Origin: a virus
Length of the DNA: 64,000 nucleotides
IMG/VR virus record: IMGVR_UViG_3300031539_000004
Location: 1-64,000 of that record
Strand: one strand, 5' to 3'
Shown here: in pieces, positions 36,012 to 43,740 of the stretch
Numbering within the stretch: position 1 is the first letter of the stretch
Layout: each line of letters opens with the position of its first letter
Position numbers and translations under genes: made by a program
Notes under the pieces: model-generated
Database searches by the model: none
Told to the model about the DNA's origin: nothing
The model's input: only the letters and a program-made list of their open reading frames with translations

Positions 36012-36560
36012 ATGGCTGGCTGCGCTGTCGAGGGGTGCGTCGGTCGCCACTACGCCAAGGGGTACTGCTCGGCCCACTACCGCCGGCTGAAGCGCCACGG
36101 CGATGTGCTCGCTGGGCGGGCGATCGGGCAACGCAAGACGACCCCGCCGCTCGAGCGGTTCGAGTCGCACATCGACCGGGGCGGCCCTGGCGGGTGTTGG
36201 CTGTGGACCGCGTTCTGCAACGACGACGGGTACGGCAGGTTCTGGCCGAAGCCTCGGTGGATGGTCCCCGCCCACGCCTTCGCCTACGCGGTGTGGCGCG
36301 GCCCGATGCCGGCGGGGACCGAGCTCGACCACACCTGTCGGACCCGCAACTGCGTGAACCCGGACCACCTCGAGGCGGTCACGCACCACGAGAACCTGTT
36401 GCGCTCGCCGAACACCTTGGCGTCGATCAACGCCGCGAAGACCGAGTGCGCTCAGGGCCACCCTTATGACGACGAGAACACGATGCATGCTCACGGTAGG
36501 CGCTACTGCTTGGCGTGCATCGGCGAGAGGAGCAGACGTGGCGAAGCGGTTGACCAATGA
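36012..36560 (+). CDS. HNH homing endonuclease (HNH_3 with Zn fingers)
   Basis: CAVEGC…YCSAHY; CWLW…GYGRF; LDHTCRTRNCVNPDHLEAVT; KTECAQGHPY…YCLAC. Confidence 0.9.
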   Translation: MAGCAVEGCVGRHYAKGYCSAHYRRLKRHGDVLAGRAIGQRKTTPPLERFESHIDRGGPGGCWLWTAFCNDDGYGRFWPKPRWMVPAHAFAYAVWRGPMPAGTELDHTCRTRNCVNPDHLEAVTHHENLLRSPNTLASINAAKTECAQGHPYDDENTMHAHGRRYCLACIGERSRRGEAVDQ

Positions 36561-36951
36561 GGAGCGGCAGCTCCGGTCGATCTCCGAGAAGGCGTTGCAG
36601 AGCTGGATCATCGATCTCGGCAAGATCGGCGGCTGGCGGATCTGTCACTTCCACGACTCGCGCCGGCAGGTCGCGCCCGGCGTGTTCGTCGGCGACAAGG
36701 AGGCGAAGGGGTTCCCTGACACGGTTCTGATCCGGCCGCCCGAGATCATCTTTTGGGAGCTGAAGCGTGAGGGGCCTCCTTCGGCTGCGAAGCCGACGCC
36801 CGAGCAGGAGCGATGGCTGGCCGAGCTCAGCGCGTGTGGTCTCGAGGCGCGGGTGGTGCGACCGTCGGACTTCGAGGGGTACGTCAAGGAGCGGCTCCTT
36901 CGCCCCCGCGAGGGCGGGCTGACCACGGTCCCGAGGGATCCCCCGCTGTAG
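36538..36951 (+). CDS. VRR-NUC (PD-(D/E)xK) nuclease
   Basis: SEKALQ…GFPDTVL…WELKRE…PTPEQERWL…VVRPSD. Confidence 0.85.
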   Translation: MAKRLTNEERQLRSISEKALQSWIIDLGKIGGWRICHFHDSRRQVAPGVFVGDKEAKGFPDTVLIRPPEIIFWELKREGPPSAAKPTPEQERWLAELSACGLEARVVRPSDFEGYVKERLLRPREGGLTTVPRDPPL

Positions 36952-36981
36952 TTGCATCGGCTACACCGGATCGGGTAGGGT
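36946..36981 (+). promoter_or_regulatory. Operator/promoter
   Basis: CTGTAG ttgcatcgg CTACAC; -35 TTGCAT, 18 bp, -10 TAGGGT; ATG 6 nt downstream. Confidence 0.8.
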
Positions 36982-36987
36982 GGTCCC

Positions 36988-37320
36988 ATGATGAACCACA
37001 CGAACCCCGAACCCCCCCGGTGGCGGCCTCGCCTCGGCGGCCTCCCCTGGGCCGGCGAAGTCAGCGACGACCAGCTCGGCGAATGGGGCTGGCCGGTCCT
37101 CAGGACCGAGAAAATGATGGGGACCACGATAACTGTCCGCGAAGGCATGCACCGCCACCTCGCGGTCCATGAAGCGTGGGGCGCTCACCTCCTCAACGTC
37201 GGCGGCACGAACTCAGCGTGGCTCGACTGGCGGGAACAGAACCCGCAGGGGCCTCGGGGCAGCTTCGATCACGAAGTCCACGCGTGGCTCACCCGCCAAC
37301 GGCAACCCGCCGCGGCGTGA
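36988..37320 (+). CDS. Hypothetical protein (leaderless)
   Basis: Starts at the predicted +1. Confidence 0.55.
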   Translation: MMNHTNPEPPRWRPRLGGLPWAGEVSDDQLGEWGWPVLRTEKMMGTTITVREGMHRHLAVHEAWGAHLLNVGGTNSAWLDWREQNPQGPRGSFDHEVHAWLTRQRQPAAA

Positions 37321-37643
37321 AGGCCGACCGTCTCGCCGGACTGCTCGTGAAGCAGCTCGAGGGCGACCGGCCGATCGACGGGCCGACCCGCGCCGCGGTC
37401 CTCGCCGCGGACCGCGGCCGGTGCGTCGCGTGCGGGTCCCGAGCGGACCTGACGATCGACCACATCTGGCCCCGCGCTCGAGGAGGCATCACCACCCGGC
37501 GCAACCTTCTGGCGCTCTGCCGCGCCTGCAACTCGAGCAAGGGGGACCGGTCGCCGTGGGAGTGGCGGGGCCGTCCCGGCGTCGGTCATCGGCGGCTGCG
37601 ACTCGCGGCGAGAAGCATGCTTCGGCTCGCAGGTCTGTTGTAG
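37317..37643 (+). CDS. HNH endonuclease
   Basis: RCVACG…TIDHIWPRARGG…NLLALCRACNSSKG. Confidence 0.85.
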   Translation: MKADRLAGLLVKQLEGDRPIDGPTRAAVLAADRGRCVACGSRADLTIDHIWPRARGGITTRRNLLALCRACNSSKGDRSPWEWRGRPGVGHRRLRLAARSMLRLAGLL

Positions 37644-37803
37644 GGTCGGCGGTCTCGGGTCCGACGCTCATGGGGCCGAGCGAATCTGAAAACGAATGGA
37701 CCCCCGCGATGCGTAGCGGCACCCGGGGGTCGTGAGGAACACCCAACTAGGAGGTGCGCCTGATGGCGAATACTACCGGACCGGATCGCCATGAGGGAAC
37801 CCG

Positions 37804-38694
37804 ATGAGCATCCAAGCGCTCGCTTGGCTCATCGAGGAAGTCCCGAATCTGTACCACGACGATGAGGCGCTGAGCGCGACGCAGCGGCTGGTGCTCCTGA
37901 GCATCGCCAACCACGCCGATCGGTTCGGGGGGAACGCCTGGCCGACGATGAGCACCATCTGCCACGAAGCCGGCGTGTCGAAGCGCCGAGCTCAGGATGC
38001 GATTCGGGCGCTCGAGGAGCGGGGCATCATCTCCCGTGAGGTCAACGAGGGCGGCTCGCGTGACTGCCCGGCGGATCGTCGGCCGAACCGCTACACGATC
38101 CTGCCGCTGGCGCTCGCCGACACGAACGGCGTCGATGAGGACGGGGTGGCCGCAACGATCACCCCGACGAACGGGGTGGACGCTCCGTCACCCCCGCTGA
38201 CGAACGGGGTGGACGTTCCGTCTACCCCGCGGGGTGGACGCTCCGTCACGAACGGGGTGGACGCAGCGTCCACCCAAACCGTCCTTGACCCGTCCAATGG
38301 AACCAAGAGAGACGTCGACTCGCCCGACGGCGAGCCGGGCGCGCCACGAACTCAAGCCGAGCAGGTCGCCGCGATCTTCGAAGCGTGGCGCGAGGCAACG
38401 AACCACCCGAGGGCCGTACTCGCCGGGAAGCGCAAGGCGGTCATCCTCGCCCGGCTCAAGGACGGGTACACCGAGGCCGAGCTGATCGCCGCGGTCCAGG
38501 GCATCGCGCTGAGCGACTTCCACATGGGCCAGAACGACCGGGCGAAGAAGTACGACGACATCACGCTCGCTCTCCGCGACGAGGCCCACGTCGAGGACTT
38601 CGCGAACCTCGCGATCAAGCGGCGCAAGACCGGGGGGAAGAGCTGGATGGACAGATCGACCGGTGAGCGGATGCCTGCGGGGTCGACGCCATGA
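37804..38694 (+). CDS. Replication initiator (HTH_36 N-terminus, lambda-O-like layout)
   Basis: RLVLLSIANHAD…AWPTMSTICHEAGVSKRRAQDAIRALEERGII; internal DNA repeats; upstream of a helicase. Confidence 0.8.
   Translation: MSIQALAWLIEEVPNLYHDDEALSATQRLVLLSIANHADRFGGNAWPTMSTICHEAGVSKRRAQDAIRALEERGIISREVNEGGSRDCPADRRPNRYTILPLALADTNGVDEDGVAATITPTNGVDAPSPPLTNGVDVPSTPRGGRSVTNGVDAASTQTVLDPSNGTKRDVDSPDGEPGAPRTQAEQVAAIFEAWREATNHPRAVLAGKRKAVILARLKDGYTEAELIAAVQGIALSDFHMGQNDRAKKYDDITLALRDEAHVEDFANLAIKRRKTGGKSWMDRSTGERMPAGSTP
38167..38263 (+). repeat. Iteron-like direct repeats (probable origin)
   Basis: ACGAACGGGGTGGACG at 38167, 38200 and 38248; core GGGGTGGACG also at 38231. Confidence 0.75.
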
Positions 38695-39971
38695 GCAACC
38701 CGCGGACACCGCCAGAGAACCTCGTCGCCGAGCGTGCGCTCCTCGGGGCGTTCCTGCTGTCGACCGAGGCGGTCACCGAGGCCCGCAGGGTCGTGATGCC
38801 GGCCGACTTCTACTCGCCGAACCACGGTCAGATCTGCCACCTCGTCTACGAGATGCACGGGCGCGGTGACCCGATCGATCCGCTCACCGTCGCCGACGAG
38901 CTGCTGAAGTGCGAGTGGCTCGACCGCATCGGCGGCCCCGCCGAGCTCGTCACCCTCCTCGCGAACTGCCCGTCGACCAGTGGCGCTCCGAAGTACGCAC
39001 GGATGATCGCCGAGGCGTCGCAGCTCCGGGCGATCATGCATGCCTGCGCCGACGTGATCGAGATGGGCTACGGCAAAGAGAACCCCGGCGACGTGATCGA
39101 CTTCCTGCAGGCCCGCCTGGCCGCCGTCGATCTGTCGCTCGGCGCGGTCCCCGACAAGCTCTACCGGCTGGACGACTTCCTCGAGGCGTTCGATGAAGAG
39201 GGCCGGCCGCCGTGGGTCATCCCCGGGATCATCCGCGCCGGCTGGCGGGTCCTGCTCGTCGCCGCCGAGGGCGTCGGGAAGAGCGTCCTGTTCCGCCAGA
39301 TCGCGATCGCTGCCGCGCAGGGCATCCACCCGCTCACCTTCGACCCGATGCCGGGCGAGCCGCCAGTCACCCTCATCGTGGACCTCGAGAACCCCGAGGA
39401 CGCCATCGTGGACGTCTGCGAACCGATCCGCGACGAAGCGCTCGGCCGGGCACGCGAGAACTACAACCCGGACCGGGCGTGGCTGTGGCATCAGCCGCAG
39501 GGCATCGACCTTCGCTCGAGGGCCGGGAAGTCGAAGCTCGAGGCGGTCATCGCTCACGTCCGACCCGAGGTGGTCTGCCTCGGCCCGCTCTACAAGGCGT
39601 ACCGGACAGCGCCCCACGAGTCCGATGAGCAGGCCGCTGGCGACGTCCAGTCGGTCCTCGATGACCTGCGGATCCGCTACAAGTTCGGGGTGCTCATCGA
39701 GCACCACGCGCCGAAGGGACCGAAGGGGTCGCGCGAGCTCACCCCGTATGGGACGTCGTTGTGGTTGCGCTGGTCCGAGATCGGGATGACGATGACGCCG
39801 GCGGGCGAAGACCCCGAGGACATGACGCTCATGCGGCTCGGCCGGTTCCGTGGCGATCGGGTGGAGCACACTTGGCCGAACCGGATCCTCCGGTCGAAGC
39901 CGTGGCCGTTCGAGGGACAGTGGGACGTGGGCACCACGCAACAGCCGCCCGAAGAGATGGAGCAGTTCTGA
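38691..39971 (+). CDS. Replicative helicase (DnaB N-terminal domain + AAA_25/RecA-like ATPase)
   Basis: PPENLVAERALLGAFLL…DFYSPNH…IDPLTVADEL; Walker A AAEGVGKS; IEHHAPKG; GTSLWLRW. Confidence 0.85.
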   Translation: MSNPRTPPENLVAERALLGAFLLSTEAVTEARRVVMPADFYSPNHGQICHLVYEMHGRGDPIDPLTVADELLKCEWLDRIGGPAELVTLLANCPSTSGAPKYARMIAEASQLRAIMHACADVIEMGYGKENPGDVIDFLQARLAAVDLSLGAVPDKLYRLDDFLEAFDEEGRPPWVIPGIIRAGWRVLLVAAEGVGKSVLFRQIAIAAAQGIHPLTFDPMPGEPPVTLIVDLENPEDAIVDVCEPIRDEALGRARENYNPDRAWLWHQPQGIDLRSRAGKSKLEAVIAHVRPEVVCLGPLYKAYRTAPHESDEQAAGDVQSVLDDLRIRYKFGVLIEHHAPKGPKGSRELTPYGTSLWLRWSEIGMTMTPAGEDPEDMTLMRLGRFRGDRVEHTWPNRILRSKPWPFEGQWDVGTTQQPPEEMEQF

Positions 39972-40682
39972 TGGGATGGGATGACCCCGACGCCGATCCG
40001 ATGGCCGACCTGATGAAGGTCGCGGCGTCGTGGCGTGACCAGTACGAGCATCCGCCGCCGGCCCCGCCGCTGTTCTTGACGGTCGCCGAGTACGAGGCGG
40101 CGCTCGAGCTGGCCCCGCACGGTGACCCGGATGCGATCGAGGCCCAAGCCCGAGCTCTCGGGTTCGGTGGCGTAGAGGTGATGCGAAGTGGACGGTGACC
40201 TTGCAGTCCGGTGGGGCGAGCTCGCCGACCTTGGCGATAGTGAGCTGCGCGCCCGGCTGATCCAGCGGGGCGTCGACATCGATCGTGCGGCCCGTCTCGT
40301 GAACGATCGGGACCGTAGCGCCGATGCCCGCGCCGGGATCGCCGAGGCGCTGTCGTGAGCAATCAGCGGGCAATGCGGCGGAAGCTGGCGGGGGTGTCGG
40401 GCACGTCGGCACGGAAGAAGGACCCGATGAAGAACATGCGGCGCTCGGCCAAGAAGGCGGCGGCGTCGCTCGATGGCGTGGCGGCGACGTTGGCCGAGCG
40501 GTTCGGCCCGAAGACCGACAACGAGGAGGAGGCTCCCGATGACGAAGGACCCGAAGACGGCTGAGGCGTTGCAGGTCGTGGCCCGAGTGACGACGATCGT
40601 GGTGATGGTGCTGATCTGCGCGGTGCTACTCGCCCCGGTGGTTTGGCTGGCCCGCCAGTCGTGGGAGTGGGCGCTCAGCTAA
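39971..40682 (+). CDS. Cluster of four small coupled orphans (39971-40198, 40188-40358, 40355-40564, 40539-40682 TM)
   Basis: Overlapping start/stop codons chain from the helicase stop. Confidence 0.5.
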
Positions 40683-40697
40683 ACCGAGTGGATGCGG

Positions 40698-40718
40698 TGT
40701 AGCTGGTCCGGCTACAGT
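40698..40718 (+). promoter_or_regulatory. Operator/promoter
   Basis: TGTAG ctggtccgg CTACA; -10 TACAGT; ATG 7 nt downstream. Confidence 0.75.
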
Positions 40719-40725
40719 GGTCTCC

Positions 40726-40965
40726 ATGAGCAACCACGACCGACACGACCTGCAGCTCGGGGTACCGGCGTCCTCGCCGATCCGCCTCAGCCGGATCGAC
40801 AACATCGACTCCGACCGGATCGTCCGTCGGCTCGACTGGCTGCTCGACAACCGGGCGCAGCTCGCCTACGACTGCGACAGCCGGAACCAGCTCGGCCACC
40901 TCGCCCGCCAGATCATCGGGCTGCAGCGGGCGCTGCGGGACCGGGGCATCGACCCTCGGGTCTGA
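40726..40965 (+). CDS. Hypothetical protein (leaderless)
   Basis: Starts at the predicted +1. Confidence 0.55.
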   Translation: MSNHDRHDLQLGVPASSPIRLSRIDNIDSDRIVRRLDWLLDNRAQLAYDCDSRNQLGHLARQIIGLQRALRDRGIDPRV

Positions 40966-40966
40966 A

Positions 40967-41443
40967 TCAGACCTCGACCCACGGGGCCGACGCCTTCGCC
41001 AGCGACCAGCGCGGCCCGCGCTTCGCGTCGGGATGCTCGAAGTCCCCGGCCAGGGCGACCAGCTCGAGGCCGTACTTCGACCACCGAGGCCGGCGTCGGC
41101 TGATGGCGAACACCTCCGTGACCGCTCGGGCATCGAGCTCGGCGGTGAGCGCCGGCCAGAAGTTGACCGCCAATCCGCCGCGGTGATCGGGGTCGATGTA
41201 GAACCAGCGGACGTACCAGCCGGGGTGGCTCACCTCGGGCGACGGGTCGGGGAACTCCTCGGCGCGGAGGAACCCGTACAGGGTGCCGGGCTGCCCTTCG
41301 GTGTGGAGACCGAGCCAGATCTGTGCGGGGTCGGCGATGAACCCGGCGATCGTGTCGGCGGTCAGGTTCGGCAGCGCAGCTCCCCGGAGGCGGATGATCT
41401 CGCCGGCGTGGGCGGCCTCGAGCGGGGTCGCGGTGTAGCTCAT
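40967..41443 (-). CDS. GNAT-family acetyltransferase
   Basis: LYGFLRAE…WYVRWFYIDPDHRGG motif A; minus-strand TAGGAT 6 nt before the ATG. Confidence 0.6.
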   Translation of the reverse strand: MSYTATPLEAAHAGEIIRLRGAALPNLTADTIAGFIADPAQIWLGLHTEGQPGTLYGFLRAEEFPDPSPEVSHPGWYVRWFYIDPDHRGGLAVNFWPALTAELDARAVTEVFAISRRRPRWSKYGLELVALAGDFEHPDAKRGPRWSLAKASAPWVEV

Positions 41444-41462
41444 CGGGCCATCCTACGACGCT

Positions 41463-41492
41463 GAAAGGACCGCCCCGAGGAGCGGCCCTTTC
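41463..41492. terminator. Hairpin between GNAT and Rpf-like genes
   Basis: GAAAGG-A-CCGC-loop-GCGG-C-CCTTTC. Confidence 0.45.
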
Positions 41493-41768
41493 GTTGCAGT
41501 CCTGTTACATCGCCGACTACTCTCGGGCTTGGCCCACCTATCACGGTGGGCCGTTCGCATATCCGACCAAGGAGCGAATCCGTGAGTGATGAACCGTCGC
41601 ACCAAGACCGCGGGCGTGAGCGTATCGCGAAGCCAGGGGCCGGTGTAGTTGGCCTTCTCGGCGGCGATCGCAAGCTCCGCGGTCGGCTGACGGCGAGCGG
41701 CTACCGTTGAGGTCAAGCGGCCCACCTTCACGGTGGGTCGTTTGCGTACCCGACCAAGGAGCAATCTG

Positions 41769-42446
41769 ATGACCCCCGACCCTTCCGACAACCCGCGCGC
41801 GGCGTGGCAGAAGATCGCCGCTGGCGTTCTCGCCGTCACCCTGCTCGCCTTCGTTCTCATCCTCACCGCTCGAGCGGCCGGCGAAGACGTGATGACCACA
41901 GCGGCCGCCGAGTCGCCACCCGCCACCCAGGCGGCCACGACAACCACCGAGGCCCCTGCGACGACGACCACGATCGACCAGGCCGTCGTCACCGAGTTCC
42001 TCGACACATGGCAGGACACCGAGAACGCCGCGGCGGCCGAAGCCTTCGCAGCGGAGCAGGCCCGCCTCGAGGCCGAAGCGGCTGAGCAGGCCCGGATCGC
42101 CGAGGAGGCCCGCCAAGCCGAGCAGGCCCGCCAGGCCGCGGCCGCCCAAGCGGCGACCACCACAGCCCCGCCAGCACCACCGCCACCACCCGCGACCAAC
42201 TACGGGTCCGGTGCCTGCGGCGGCGACCTGCCACCGTGCTATGTGATGATGCGCGAGTCCGGCGGGAACATCACCGCTCAGAACCCGGTGTCGACGGCGA
42301 GCGGGAAGTGGCAGTTCCTCGACTCGACGTGGGCCGGCTACGGCGGATACGCCAAGGCCCGCTACGCGCCCGAGTCGGTGCAGGACGACCGGGCACGCCA
42401 GTTGTGGGCCGGCGGCGCGGGCTGCTCGCACTGGTCCGCATGCTGA
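41769..42446 (+). CDS. Membrane-anchored Rpf/SceD-like lytic transglycosylase
   Basis: N-terminal TM, Ala/Glu linker, C-terminal RESGG…NPVSTASGKWQFLDSTW…APESVQD…W. Confidence 0.85.
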   Translation: MTPDPSDNPRAAWQKIAAGVLAVTLLAFVLILTARAAGEDVMTTAAAESPPATQAATTTTEAPATTTTIDQAVVTEFLDTWQDTENAAAAEAFAAEQARLEAEAAEQARIAEEARQAEQARQAAAAQAATTTAPPAPPPPPATNYGSGACGGDLPPCYVMMRESGGNITAQNPVSTASGKWQFLDSTWAGYGGYAKARYAPESVQDDRARQLWAGGAGCSHWSAC

Positions 42447-42601
42447 CCCTCGAGGAGCGCCCGAGCTCGAGCCAAGCGAACCACCGCCCGACCGGTGACC
42501 CATGCCGATGCGGAGCGCCGTGGCGCTCACCGATCCACCTGTGCCTGCTGTGCGGCCAGACCGGTTGCGACCACGAGGAGTACGCCGAGCTCGGCCGTTG
42601 A
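42440..42601 (+). CDS. Small Cys/His peptide
   Basis: Overlapping start; CRC…HLCLLC…CDH. Confidence 0.4.
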   Translation: MLTLEERPSSSQANHRPTGDPCRCGAPWRSPIHLCLLCGQTGCDHEEYAELGR

Positions 42602-42627
42602 CTCACCGCCAGACCGACGGCTACGTT
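42598..42627 (+). promoter_or_regulatory. Promoter upstream of tRNA-like region
   Basis: TTGACT-18 bp-TACGTT. Confidence 0.6.
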
Positions 42628-42734
42628 CCGCACCAGCGGTTCCAACCGTTCATCATCGGGAGCGCCCTCGACCCACCGTCGGGGGCGTTCGCCGTTGGGG
42701 GATCAAATCCCTTCCCTGCTCGAGGGGGCGCTTG

Positions 42735-42803
42735 GCCCTCGCCGACTGGATCGGTCCCGGTTTCCTAAACCTGGGGTTGCAGGTTCGACTCCTGCCGGGG
42801 GCG
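42735..42803 (+). tRNA. tRNA-Arg(CCT), non-canonical D-arm
   Basis: Acceptor GCCCTCG/CGGGGGC; anticodon loop TT-CCT-AA; T-arm GCAGG-TTCGACT-CCTGC; D-stem CCGA/TCGG starts directly after the acceptor; no encoded CCA. Confidence 0.7.
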
Positions 42804-42830
42804 CTTGACACGATCCGTACCCTGCCAAGG

Positions 42831-43688
42831 ATGGCGCTGATCGATGTGTTCCCGGCCCCCGAGTGGGAGATCGTCACCTCGGGCTACGGCTACCGCTGGG
42901 GGCGAATGCACCAAGGGGTCGACTACGGGTCGCCCGACCCTGGCCGGTTGCCGATGCTCCGAGCACCGGTCTTCGCACCGTTCGGCGGCGTGGTCACGAC
43001 CGGTTCTGAGTCGGGTGCCGGCAACTGGTTGTGGGTCGCGTCGGGCGGGAAGCTGTTCAAGTCCTTCCACCTCGACAGTTTCGCGGTGCGGAACGGCCAG
43101 CGGGTAGAAGCCGGCCAGCTCATCGCCTACTCCGACAACACCGGAGCGTCGACCGGCTCGCACAACCATTGGGAGCTGTGGATCGACGGTCAGCCGATCG
43201 ACCCGCAACCCGCGATCGAGGCGGCCCGCGGTAACGTGCCACCGCCGCCAGAACCACCGGAGGATGAACCCATGAGTGCTCAAGACGTCGCCGAGCTCAC
43301 GGCCCTGATCAACGCCAACGACGCGAGGCTCCGCAACGACCTCGGCGTGTGGGAGCACGACACCCGGACCGTGGTGATCAACGGCGTCGAGCACAAGCTG
43401 AACGCGCCGATCGCCGCGGCCGGCTGGGCGTCGCGCCCGTACCTCGTCGGCATCGAGGGCGAGCCGGCCGTCTACGACCTGCGGCGCGTCGAGGACGACC
43501 CGTACTGGCAGCTCGTCCACATCTCCGCTCCGGGCACCGACGGCTCCGACACCGACGCGAATCAGGCGTGGCTGGGCGTGGTGATCCAGACCTCCGCGAA
43601 CCCGGACGTCCAGTGGTACAACCCTGAGCGCCAGGCCGATGCGGTGGCGTCGCTGCGTTCGCTGCCGGGGTACGTCGCCTCGAGCTGA
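42831..43688 (+). CDS. M23-family peptidoglycan endopeptidase
   Basis: SGYGYRWGRMHQGVD (HxxxD); FHL; GQRVEAGQLIAYSDNTGASTGSHNHWE (HxH). Confidence 0.9.
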   Translation: MALIDVFPAPEWEIVTSGYGYRWGRMHQGVDYGSPDPGRLPMLRAPVFAPFGGVVTTGSESGAGNWLWVASGGKLFKSFHLDSFAVRNGQRVEAGQLIAYSDNTGASTGSHNHWELWIDGQPIDPQPAIEAARGNVPPPPEPPEDEPMSAQDVAELTALINANDARLRNDLGVWEHDTRTVVINGVEHKLNAPIAAAGWASRPYLVGIEGEPAVYDLRRVEDDPYWQLVHISAPGTDGSDTDANQAWLGVVIQTSANPDVQWYNPERQADAVASLRSLPGYVASS

Positions 43689-43739
43689 GGGGGCGGCCTG
43701 CAAAGCCGTACATCGCGGGTTCGAGTCCCGCCTGGCGCT
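43628..43739 (+). tRNA. tRNA-Cys(GCA)-like element; 3' two-thirds canonical, 5' part displaced
   Basis: Anticodon arm GCGGC-CTGCAAA-GCCGT (43693-43709); T-arm GCGGG-TTCGAGT-CCCGC; 3' acceptor CTGGCGC, whose complement GCGCCAG is at 43628. Confidence 0.55.
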
Positions 43740-43740
43740 C

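Noticed and set aside
41453-41768. c-di-AMP (ydaO) riboswitch upstream of the Rpf-like gene
   Set aside because: Starts with CGCTGAA but lacks the conserved GGAACCGGGGG, TGGGGTGAA and CCCGAACCCGTCAGCTAAC blocks.
42635-42650. Possible tRNA-Trp anticodon arm AGCGG-TTCCAA-CCGTT
   Set aside because: Loop is 6 nt and no matching acceptor or D-arm was found.
42664-42734. Third tRNA upstream of tRNA-Arg (T-loop-like GGGGG-ATCAAAT-CCCTT within a closing stem)
   Set aside because: No 7-nt anticodon loop, T-loop lacks TTC, arms too short. Kept only as part of the tandem-unit observation.
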